Below, one piece after another: positions 38,216 through 47,070 of a stretch of 57,848 nucleotides of DNA. Within the stretch, counting starts at the first letter, position 1; each line of letters starts with the position of its first letter. Source of the stretch: Eubacteriales bacterium (GTDB lineage Bacteria > Bacillota > Clostridia > Oscillospirales > CAG-272); assembly GCA_045577755.1 (NCBI GenBank), contig JAZNJA010000246.1, positions 1-57,848 on the forward strand, read 5' to 3'. Below the pieces are notes generated by a model. That model was not told where the DNA came from and did not search any database. It was given only the letters and a program-made list of their open reading frames with translations. The translations under genes and the position numbers were made by a program.

Positions 38216-39592
38216 ATGTGGGAGAATATCGAAATTGACAGGCATTATACAGGAGTATTTAACATATTCGATGATCAAATTTCTGGTGAGCTAATATATA
38301 ACAAGAAAAATGGTGTAATCCTTTTAAATCTTATTAAAGAGGTTGCATCCGAATCGTTTTTCGGAAAAAGTTATGGTTCACCTCAAATAATAACAGGAAA
38401 GTTAAATTCGGGCGCAATAGTAACATTGTTCAATAACAGATGTACAAACAATCATACACAAGCCTTTAGCTCTCAGCAATTGAATTTCATCTCTAATCGT
38501 ATGATTATTTCAAGTGCTGAAAAAACAAATTCAAAATACAATAAAATGGTGTGCATTTTGAAAAACGCCTATCTGTGGAGTTCTTTGTCTGCTTTTGAAG
38601 AAACGGAAGAAGGCATTAAGGCTAAGGATAAAACAGAAGAAAAAGTGTATAATTGGTTCGGTGCAAAAATTACTTTTTCAAGTTATTTAAACAACCCTTT
38701 ATATGTTCCTCCGCAGGAAGAAGAAACAAAAATTATACAGCGCCTTGTGGTTACAATAGAAACCGAAGAAAAGCAAGATTTAAAAAATTTTATCTCTACA
38801 AGAAATAAAATTTTGTCGTTAATATCTTTTGCTATTAAAAACAATGTGAATGTAGAGGAGCAATATCTGTGTGACTACGACGACTTTTATTTAATAGCAG
38901 ATAAATATAAGGAATATTGCAAGCATCACCTTTACACTTCCGAACCTACACTTGATATATTAAAAACGCGAAGCTGGGATTACAATTTTTGGCTTAAAGA
39001 CTTGCAGGAAGAAAAGGATCTTAATGTAGAATTAGAAAAATTAGAGCCTGTTTTCGGTCTGTATTTGTCTTTATTCAAGTACCAAGATATGCCGATCGAA
39101 ATGGTATTCCTAAATATAGTGCAAGCTTTAGAAACATTTCATTCAAGATTCTTTTATAACAACAAGAAAGATAAATACATAAAATCTGTTGAAACGCGTT
39201 TCGGGGAGTCAGAAAGATATAAAAAATTGCTCTTAAGTGACACACAGATGGATGAAAATTGCGGCTATATTATACTTGTTTCTCGCCTTAATGATTTGCT
39301 TATTGGAAGAAATGATGGACTGTTTTGCGAATACTATATAGAAAATGATGAATATGCACAGACTATTGCAGACACGCGGCATTACTACACCCATTATGGA
39401 AAATCCAAAGAAGCAAAAGCGTTGAAAGACAATGATTTGTTAGAAGCCATTTACATTTTACGGGTCTTGTTGGAATTTCACATCTGTCTTGTTTTAGGAA
39501 TAGACCGACGTGATGCCATAGCACAAGAATTAAATACACACAACCAATGGAAACAATTAAGCGAAGCACAGAATAAAAAACACGAGGGATAA
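38216..39592 (+). CDS. ApeA-like HEPN protein (putative anti-phage RNase)
   Basis: Beta-rich N-terminus, FLNIVQALE, Rx4H motif TRHYYTH; AT-rich gene. Confidence 0.8.
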   Translation: MWENIEIDRHYTGVFNIFDDQISGELIYNKKNGVILLNLIKEVASESFFGKSYGSPQIITGKLNSGAIVTLFNNRCTNNHTQAFSSQQLNFISNRMIISSAEKTNSKYNKMVCILKNAYLWSSLSAFEETEEGIKAKDKTEEKVYNWFGAKITFSSYLNNPLYVPPQEEETKIIQRLVVTIETEEKQDLKNFISTRNKILSLISFAIKNNVNVEEQYLCDYDDFYLIADKYKEYCKHHLYTSEPTLDILKTRSWDYNFWLKDLQEEKDLNVELEKLEPVFGLYLSLFKYQDMPIEMVFLNIVQALETFHSRFFYNNKKDKYIKSVETRFGESERYKKLLLSDTQMDENCGYIILVSRLNDLLIGRNDGLFCEYYIENDEYAQTIADTRHYYTHYGKSKEAKALKDNDLLEAIYILRVLLEFHICLVLGIDRRDAIAQELNTHNQWKQLSEAQNKKHEG

Positions 39593-39619
39593 GATTCTGT
39601 CATAATATTTTTGAACAAA

Positions 39620-39666
39620 CAAATCCGAACAGTTTCGTCAAACGTGACTGTTCGGATTTGCTTTTT
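39620..39666. terminator. Long hairpin/terminator after the HEPN gene
   Basis: CAAATCCGAACAG...CTGTTCGGATTTG followed by CTTTTT. Confidence 0.65.
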
Positions 39667-39866
39667 AGATCATGTATATCGAAAGACCGCACTAAAAACG
39701 TCCAACAGTGGCTACTTATAGCAACGCCATCGTAATCATGCTCTCATTTCATCTCAAGACAAGCATACGCCACGCTGCCAAAGATATAAATGCTACTGAT
39801 CGTTGCTCGACAAGACGGCAAAACTATGCTATAATATAGGCAACAGAAGCAGACGGAGGTGCTCCC

Positions 39867-40553
39867 ATGTTTGACACAATGAAATTCGGCAAGGCTCTTT
39901 CAACCCTGCGAAAGAAAGCAGATATGACACAAAACGAAGTGGCAGACAGGCTCAATCTGTCGCGTCAAGCGATCTCCAAATACGAGCGCGGTGAGAGTTT
40001 TCCGGATATCTCTGTTCTTGTTATGATTGCGGATCTATTTCATGTCACCCTCGATCAGCTGATCGGTTACGGAGAGCCGACACACGGTGAATCTCTAATA
40101 CTCGAAAACGTTGCTATGGGGAAATCGGATATTGTGGCCGAAAATATTGCCGATGTGGTCAATCTGGCTCCGCTCCTGAAGCCGAGTGTCCTCACAAAGC
40201 TATCACAGCAATTTGAAAAGAAAGGTATCGACATTTCCAACGTCGTTGTCCTGGCTGAATACTTGAATGACGAATCCGTCATAAAGCTGATTGAAAATGT
40301 GACCTTTGATGAGATCAGCGATGAGATCCTGGCGAAATTCGTACCGATACTCAGTTTTGAATCCAAGGAAGTCATTTTCCAAAAGATACTGGACGGAGAA
40401 ATGGATTGGCATTTTATCAAGGTGCTTCTGCCTTACGCAGGCTATATCACAACGCAAATTGAAGCTGCCGTGATGGAGGGCGTATTGCCGTGGGAGGTAC
40501 TGGATGTTCTGAGGAACTATTACTGGGACAGAAACAGATACCGTTCCATATGA
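39867..40553 (+). CDS. XRE-family HTH regulator
   Basis: LRKKADMTQNEVADRLNLSRQAISKYERGESFPD; RBS GGAGG. Confidence 0.88.
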   Translation: MFDTMKFGKALSTLRKKADMTQNEVADRLNLSRQAISKYERGESFPDISVLVMIADLFHVTLDQLIGYGEPTHGESLILENVAMGKSDIVAENIADVVNLAPLLKPSVLTKLSQQFEKKGIDISNVVVLAEYLNDESVIKLIENVTFDEISDEILAKFVPILSFESKEVIFQKILDGEMDWHFIKVLLPYAGYITTQIEAAVMEGVLPWEVLDVLRNYYWDRNRYRSI

Positions 40554-40590
40554 AGCAATTATAAGTATATTGGATAAACGGAGAATCTCT

Positions 40591-42105
40591 ATGTGTTCTG
40601 AAGTTTTTAATGGTTGTTTGCAGGATCATAAGCCCTTGCTTGCTGTGATGGGATCCTCCCATTGTCTTACCGAGCAAACGTGGCAGGATCTGCACCTGGA
40701 TGCGGTTTTGGGTGAACCGTTGCAGGTAAAGCCCTTTCTGATGCATCCCTGTGGGCGGGAAGAATTATCGGCAAGGCAAATGATTTTTGCGGCGATCCGA
40801 GACAGCGCGGACGATTCGGTATACAAGTCTATGGCAGCTTGCCGCACGGCGTTGTTCACGCTTCAGCACTCCTTGGATATTTGGAAGGACGCGAAAACGT
40901 ATATGGAGCAGATCTATTTGTTCGTGGAAGTGCTGCGGGCGTACCTGTCCGCGCGGCAATCACTCAAGGCATTACAGGGCGGTGGAAGGCTACGGGAGGT
41001 GGCCTTCCATTTTCAAAGCATGGATGATGCGCCGATTTCAAGTGCGATTGAAAAGGCACAGGCCATCATGGAGCGTATTTCTCACGCCTGTCTCTCCTAC
41101 GGTGAGAGACAATGGACGTTTGCGGCGGCGGGGTCACAAGACAACGGAACGCTCTTTGAGGAGTTGAGTGCCTGCGCGAAAGAATTGGGGCTGGCATTTG
41201 CCGTCAAGGAACGACGCCCCATATACCCGGATCCTTATATTTCCGAAGCGTTCCGCACCCTGTACAAGCGGGAGTTTGAGCAGCTGGAGCAGATCCTGAA
41301 CCCCCTCTCGAAGGAAAAATTCGGAGAGGTGTTGGACCATACACCGTCGTTGGATTTCTATCTGCAAATGGAGGATTTCTACCGTAAAGCCGAGGGGCGG
41401 GGACTTGTCCGTTGCATACCTGTTATTTCGGACGAAAAGCAATTCTGCTTGCAGGAGATGTACGATTTCACCCTGCTGTCCTCGGACACCCCGAGCATTG
41501 TTCCCAATTCAACCTATTTCACCTCCGAAGAGCCCTTTTTTTTCCTTGTGGGCGCAAACGGCGGTGGTAAAACCACCTACCTGCGCGCCATTGGCTGCAA
41601 TCTGGTATTGCTGATGGCAGGGTGTCCCATCATGGCGCGGAGCGGTGTCGGCTACCCCTTCACGACGGTGCAGACCCATTATCCCGCGGATGAGCGGTTT
41701 TCGGGTATGGGGCGGTTGGACGATGAACAACGGCGGGTGGATGAAATGCTGACGGGGGCGAACACAGACGGATTTTACTTGTTCAATGAGACCTTCAGCG
41801 GAGCGGACCATGAGAAAGGCTTCGCGTTGGCCATGAATTTAGCAGAACGCATGGGCGAGGACGGAGAGTTTGGCTTGTTCGTCACCCACTTTCACCAAGT
41901 CATTGGCAAAGCCTTTCCCGTACTGAGTGTCGGCACGGTCGCAGATGAACGCGAGGAAAACCCTTTGGAGGTTCACCACAGCCGTACCTATCGGGTATCC
42001 TATGCGGGAGCAAAAGCGTACTCCTATGCAGAGGACATTTTGCGTAAATACGGCATGGACAGGCAATCACTTCGGGCGCGTTTGGCAAGTGAGGAGGAGA
42101 CATAA
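40591..42105 (+). CDS. MutS domain V-like ATPase, subunit A
   Basis: VPN, GANGGGKTTYLR, GRLDDE, FYLFNETF, FVTHF, SYAEDI..KYG; lacks recognisable mismatch-binding domain. Confidence 0.8.
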   Translation: MCSEVFNGCLQDHKPLLAVMGSSHCLTEQTWQDLHLDAVLGEPLQVKPFLMHPCGREELSARQMIFAAIRDSADDSVYKSMAACRTALFTLQHSLDIWKDAKTYMEQIYLFVEVLRAYLSARQSLKALQGGGRLREVAFHFQSMDDAPISSAIEKAQAIMERISHACLSYGERQWTFAAAGSQDNGTLFEELSACAKELGLAFAVKERRPIYPDPYISEAFRTLYKREFEQLEQILNPLSKEKFGEVLDHTPSLDFYLQMEDFYRKAEGRGLVRCIPVISDEKQFCLQEMYDFTLLSSDTPSIVPNSTYFTSEEPFFFLVGANGGGKTTYLRAIGCNLVLLMAGCPIMARSGVGYPFTTVQTHYPADERFSGMGRLDDEQRRVDEMLTGANTDGFYLFNETFSGADHEKGFALAMNLAERMGEDGEFGLFVTHFHQVIGKAFPVLSVGTVADEREENPLEVHHSRTYRVSYAGAKAYSYAEDILRKYGMDRQSLRARLASEEET

Positions 42106-43607
42106 TGAAGCTGTGCAGCTTGTTACATATCACGGATGAGCCTTTAGGAGTCGTCGGAAAGAAGCTCCTATACCATCTGTCCTTGGATGCCACCTTCGCT
42201 GTTATCTGTCAAGGCTTGCCCGCCAATTTCCGCACCGCGTTTTTGGACGTATTGTCCGCGCCGCTCGTCAAGGAGGAGGACATAGCCTATCGACGGGAGA
42301 TCCTGCATGACTTCATGAAGCATCCCGTGCTACTGGACAGGATGGCGCAATCCCTCTCGGATTTTGAGCAAAGCAAGCAAGCGTTCCAAAAACTAAAAAA
42401 GGACATGCACGCACGCAACTTTGGTGTTACCCAATATGCGTTGGGCGGCTCCCGTGAGTCTGTACAGGAGGGGGCAGAGCTTCTTTTGGCTATGCTGGAT
42501 CACGTCAAGCGGTTGCGGGAGGTACTTGATCTGTATCCGTTATCCGCTCGTGGACTCTCCACCCTCGCCCGAGAGCTTGAGCAGTTGACAGACAACCGAG
42601 AGTTTCGTCACATGATCGCCCTGCTGCATCGGTTGGATCGGATGTGCGCCCCCGCGCCTCCCGTAATTGCCTTGACCTTGAACCCAAGCGGCCGCATTGT
42701 CGGTTGTCATTTAACGGAAATCACGTTCCCGTCAGTAGCGGAGAACAAGGCCAAAAAGCGCTTTTCTCTGAGCAAGCCCTCCCTCGGAGCTTCCGATCCT
42801 CCCGACCAAAACGGTACGAATGTAACCGTCCACATGAATCCTCCCATGATCCGCTCGGTTTGCCAAGGTCAGCTCCAAGCCTACCCCTATCTGGAGATGG
42901 AGGTGCTTTTGACCTCCCTTATGGCCGGGATCGTGGATGGCATGGGATCACTTTTCGGGGAGCTACGCTTCTACTTCGTAGCAAGAGAATATATATCATT
43001 CCTTCAAACGAAAAAAGTGCCCTATACCTACCCGAGCGTGGGAGAACAAAGCACCTTTCAGGATATGTGGGATCTGCGTTTGCTCACCGAGGGCGTCGAG
43101 ACCGTAGTGCCAAACGACTATTGCCCTTATGATCAGGATGGAGCGCTTTTGTTTGGAGACAACGGAAACGGGAAAACGGTGTTTTTGCGGAGTATTATGA
43201 GCTGTCAGCTTTTGGCGCAAGCGGGACTACCGATTCCTGCCCGTCATGGAACGGTCAAGCTGTATGTCTCCTTGCAAACACAATTTGCGGAGAGCGAAGA
43301 ACCAAGCGCGGCTAGGCAGCAGATGGGGCGATTCGAACAAGAGGTGCAGGAGCTTCATGCGATCATCGAATCCATGCCGGCTAATAGCTTGTTGATTCTC
43401 AACGAGGTCTTTCAAACCACTGCATATGCCGAGGGAGCGGTAGGGCTCTACTACATACTACGCTATCTGACGGAAAAGCGGATGGATTGGATCGCGGTTA
43501 CACACTTGACCGATCTGAAGCAGATCTTCCGTGGGCAAGGACATAATCAAGTGGTCATGTATGAAATGACGAAGGAACATAAGGCACTCCCGATTGATGG
43601 TCAGTAA
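42105..43607 (+). CDS. MutS domain V-like ATPase, subunit B
   Basis: PL...EDIAYRREIL.DF, VPND, GDNGNGKTVFLRS, GRFEQE, LILNEVFQTT, VTHL; TAATG coupling to subunit A. Confidence 0.8.
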   Translation: MKLCSLLHITDEPLGVVGKKLLYHLSLDATFAVICQGLPANFRTAFLDVLSAPLVKEEDIAYRREILHDFMKHPVLLDRMAQSLSDFEQSKQAFQKLKKDMHARNFGVTQYALGGSRESVQEGAELLLAMLDHVKRLREVLDLYPLSARGLSTLARELEQLTDNREFRHMIALLHRLDRMCAPAPPVIALTLNPSGRIVGCHLTEITFPSVAENKAKKRFSLSKPSLGASDPPDQNGTNVTVHMNPPMIRSVCQGQLQAYPYLEMEVLLTSLMAGIVDGMGSLFGELRFYFVAREYISFLQTKKVPYTYPSVGEQSTFQDMWDLRLLTEGVETVVPNDYCPYDQDGALLFGDNGNGKTVFLRSIMSCQLLAQAGLPIPARHGTVKLYVSLQTQFAESEEPSAARQQMGRFEQEVQELHAIIESMPANSLLILNEVFQTTAYAEGAVGLYYILRYLTEKRMDWIAVTHLTDLKQIFRGQGHNQVVMYEMTKEHKALPIDGQ

Positions 43608-43639
43608 GGAATAAACAGAAGAATATTCAGTCAAAAAAT

Positions 43640-43679
43640 GCCGAGAGTACCCGTAAAGGAATCTCTCGGCTGTATTTTT
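43640..43679. repeat. GCCGAGAG...CTCTCGGC hairpin, copy 1
   Basis: Related to hairpins at 48983 and 50185. Confidence 0.65.
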
Positions 43680-43963
43680 CACACTTATATTATACCACAA
43701 AATCAGCAAAAAATCAAGTCTTGTATTTGCCAATTTGATATGCTATAATTTAGAGAATCATAGAAAACAGCCGTATCCAACATATTCCACGCTCCGTGGA
43801 AAAAGACTTGCGAAGCGGTTTCTTTACTTTGCCTACAGGCATTGTTATAATAAGAGTGCAGTTTATGCAACCGTAAGTTTCTTGACTTGGATCACTGCAC
43901 ATGGTATACTTGTAAGTGCGATACCACCGGCTTTTAAAACGCAAATATGGGAAGGAGCCTCAG

Positions 43964-45115
43964 ATGAAAAAAATAACCGTAGGGCAAAATATCCGCCGCT
44001 TTCGTAAGGAGAAAAAGCTGACACAAAGCGAGCTTGCGGAACTTATCGGCGTTTCCGTCCAAGCCATTTCCAAATGGGAAACAGATGCGGGAATGCCCGA
44101 CATCTCCCAAATTGTCCCATTGGCACGGGTGTTGGAGGTATCCACCGATTGCCTGTTGGGCATGGAGGAAACCGAACAGGATGCCGTATTTGCAGAACTC
44201 AAATCGAGGGTTGGGACTTTCGATACATTTGCATTCGATTTTGCCAGAGAAGGTATGGATACCAAGAATTTGTACGAGATTTCGGTGTCCTATTTTGAAG
44301 AGCATCCCACGTTCCCGATGATTGCCTATTATTGCTTGCGTGGCTTGGCACAAATGATTACCGAGAATCCCGATTGGCGTGACAAAGCAAGCTTGATAGC
44401 CGAGGGTGAACGGTACGCCAACTGCATTTCCCGCTTTGAAACCGCTCCCGACCGACTTTTCCGAGCCTACTATGTTTTGGCGCGTATATATCGGGCACTG
44501 AATGAACCAGTCAAGGCCAAGGATGTAATGGCACAAATACCCGAGGTTTACGGAGACCGCGTGTATTTCGAGGCGGAGGTAGCTATGGCCGATGGCGACT
44601 ATGAAACTGCTCTGCAAAAATGCCGTGAAAGCTTTTCCACCAAGGCAAGATTCATGTCCAGATGTATCCGCATGGCATCACAAATCCATCATACATGGGA
44701 TAAAGGAAACAATGAGCGTGTAGTTATTTATAATGAGTATATGCTCAATGTACTGAATGCTTTGATGTCGGGTAGCGATTTTCTCCCCATGCGACAGACC
44801 TATCAAAAATATCTGATCCTGTATGCCCTTGTTACCGAGTATTTATTGCTGGGTAAAGCAGATGATGCTTTTAAACGGATGGAAGAACTGCTGGCTTTCC
44901 GAAAGGAAGTGGAGGTATATTTGAACATTTCCATCAAACCCGCTCATTTAATGCTGTTAGATTTGCCGGATGACAGGCATCATGTGGAGCATTGTGTGAA
45001 AGAAATGGACGAATACATCCAAAAAGCACTTGAAGCCATGACATCCTCTCCCCTGACCTCCCAGGATTCCCGCTTGCAAGAAATGAAGGAATCCTTCGCA
45101 AGCATAAACAAGTAA
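43964..45115 (+). CDS. XRE-family HTH regulator with TPR-like C-terminus
   Basis: LTQSELAELIGVSVQAISKWE...PD; helical repeats; start after AAGGAG. Confidence 0.85.
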   Translation: MKKITVGQNIRRFRKEKKLTQSELAELIGVSVQAISKWETDAGMPDISQIVPLARVLEVSTDCLLGMEETEQDAVFAELKSRVGTFDTFAFDFAREGMDTKNLYEISVSYFEEHPTFPMIAYYCLRGLAQMITENPDWRDKASLIAEGERYANCISRFETAPDRLFRAYYVLARIYRALNEPVKAKDVMAQIPEVYGDRVYFEAEVAMADGDYETALQKCRESFSTKARFMSRCIRMASQIHHTWDKGNNERVVIYNEYMLNVLNALMSGSDFLPMRQTYQKYLILYALVTEYLLLGKADDAFKRMEELLAFRKEVEVYLNISIKPAHLMLLDLPDDRHHVEHCVKEMDEYIQKALEAMTSSPLTSQDSRLQEMKESFASINK

Positions 45116-45141
45116 TATGTTTCAGGAAGGAGAATCTACAT

Positions 45142-47070
45142 ATGAGTCAATCATCATCCGATATGCCGAATAAAAAGAAGCGCAGAAAAAAGGAGAAGCC
45201 GCCGTACTCCCTGATGAGCAACACGGCTTATACGTTCCGCGAGATCTGGCGAAACAAAAAATCCGTGGCTATCACAGCCATTCTGCTCATTATTCTGCCG
45301 CCCGTTCTGTCCTTGCTGTATAGCCTGATTCCCTCGCTGGCCGTTTCGCTAGTGGAGCAGGGGGCAAGCGACACGCGGCTGGTTCTGGTTCTTTGCGGTG
45401 TCAGCCTTGCCGCCATGGCACTACAGATCTTCAGCACCGTGACCAGCACCCAAAACGAGAAGTATTACCTTGCGCTCAACTACACCTATCTGCTCAAGCT
45501 CAACCGCAAAGCCATGGTTGTGGATTACGCATACCTGGAGTCGCCCCACGGGCAGAACATGAAAAGCTTGGCTTTGGGGAATGTCAACCCTAACGACACC
45601 TACGGCAATTCCAATGCCGCCGTTCTTCCGTATCGTCTGATTTCCATGTTTTCGGGTCTCATCGGGCTGACGTCCTACGCCGCCATTCTGGCCATCCTCA
45701 ATCCCCTACTGATCACCGTATTGCTGGCGTCCTCCATTATCCCGTATCTGCTGAATCAATGGTTTAACAAGTATTGCCACGAGCGACGTGAGGAGGAAAG
45801 CGCGCTGACGCGAAAGTTGGTTTACACCACGACCACCAAAAGCGATCTGCGCTTGGTTAAGGACGCGATCTTCTACAAGACCGCCAATCTCTTGCTTTCG
45901 CTCTACTGGAAGGCGGTGCACGGTATCGTATCCTTGCGCCAAAAGCATATGCGCGTAGGATTCTTTCGCGTCGATATTGTCAGCGCGCTGCTGATTCTGC
46001 TTCAAAACGGAGCCGCCTACGCCATTCTGATCTACAGAGTGTTGGTGGCGGGCACCCTGGATCCTGCATCCTTCGTGTTTTACTTTTCGGTGATCACAGG
46101 CTTTGCGGGTTGGTTTCAGCGTTTTCTTTACAACCTTTCTGCTGCTCAGCAAAACAGCCGCCAATTCTGCGATCTGCGCGCCTATTTAGACCTGCCCGAT
46201 CGCTACAGTAAGCAGAACGATTCCGCCGCCCCCCTGCCCGAGGACACATGGTCGGTAGAATTTCGCGATGTTTCCTTCCACTATCCCGTTGAGCAAAAGC
46301 CGGGTGAGGAGACGGCAGAGCCCGAAGCGCAACAAGAGCTTGCGCCTTTGGTGCTGAACAACGTCAGCTTCCGCATCGAAAAGGGCGAAAAGTTGGCTCT
46401 TGTGGGCCTCAACGGTGCGGGAAAGACCACGCTGGTCAAGCTGTTGTGCGGTCTGCTTGAACCTACCGAGGGAATGATCTTGATCAATGACCGTCCCCTT
46501 GGCGACTACGACCGCGATGCCTATTTCAAGGCTCTCTCCGTCGTGTTTCAGGACATTTTCCTGTTACCTGTGACCGTGCGTCAGAACATCACGCTATGTC
46601 CGGAGAACAAAGTAGATGAGGAGCATCTGTCTTGGTGTCTGCGCGAGGCGAATATGGAGAGTTGGATTCACGAGCTGCCACAGGGGCTGGACACGTATCT
46701 TGTCAAGAGCGTGCGTGACGGAGCCGTGGATATGTCGGGCGGTCAGAAGCAAAAGCTGGCTCTCGCCCGTGCGCTGTACAAGGGCGGACGCATGATGATC
46801 CTGGACGAGCCCACCGCCGCCCTTGACCCCATCGCGGAAAACAAGATGTATCTGGAATACGACCGTTTGATTGGCGGCAATACCGCGCTGTTCATCTCCC
46901 ACCGCCTGTCCTCTACTCGTTTTTGTGACCGCATCCTACTCTTGGAAAACGGATGTGTGGCCGAGTCGGGGACACACGATCAGCTGATGACGCAGGGCGG
47001 TAAGTATGCCGACCTGTTTAATATCCAAGCGCATTACTACAGAGAGGAGGCAGCGGCAAATGAAACGTAA
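45142..47070 (+). CDS. ABC exporter, fused permease/ATPase (half 1)
   Basis: TM domain, GLNGAGKTT, MSGGQ, ILDEPT, ISHRL. Confidence 0.92.
   Translation: MSQSSSDMPNKKKRRKKEKPPYSLMSNTAYTFREIWRNKKSVAITAILLIILPPVLSLLYSLIPSLAVSLVEQGASDTRLVLVLCGVSLAAMALQIFSTVTSTQNEKYYLALNYTYLLKLNRKAMVVDYAYLESPHGQNMKSLALGNVNPNDTYGNSNAAVLPYRLISMFSGLIGLTSYAAILAILNPLLITVLLASSIIPYLLNQWFNKYCHERREEESALTRKLVYTTTTKSDLRLVKDAIFYKTANLLLSLYWKAVHGIVSLRQKHMRVGFFRVDIVSALLILLQNGAAYAILIYRVLVAGTLDPASFVFYFSVITGFAGWFQRFLYNLSAAQQNSRQFCDLRAYLDLPDRYSKQNDSAAPLPEDTWSVEFRDVSFHYPVEQKPGEETAEPEAQQELAPLVLNNVSFRIEKGEKLALVGLNGAGKTTLVKLLCGLLEPTEGMILINDRPLGDYDRDAYFKALSVVFQDIFLLPVTVRQNITLCPENKVDEEHLSWCLREANMESWIHELPQGLDTYLVKSVRDGAVDMSGGQKQKLALARALYKGGRMMILDEPTAALDPIAENKMYLEYDRLIGGNTALFISHRLSSTRFCDRILLLENGCVAESGTHDQLMTQGGKYADLFNIQAHYYREEAAANET

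Noticed and set aside
40591-43607. Annotation as mismatch-repair mutS
   Set aside because: Too short, no recognisable mismatch-binding domain, atypical Walker B, no mutL nearby
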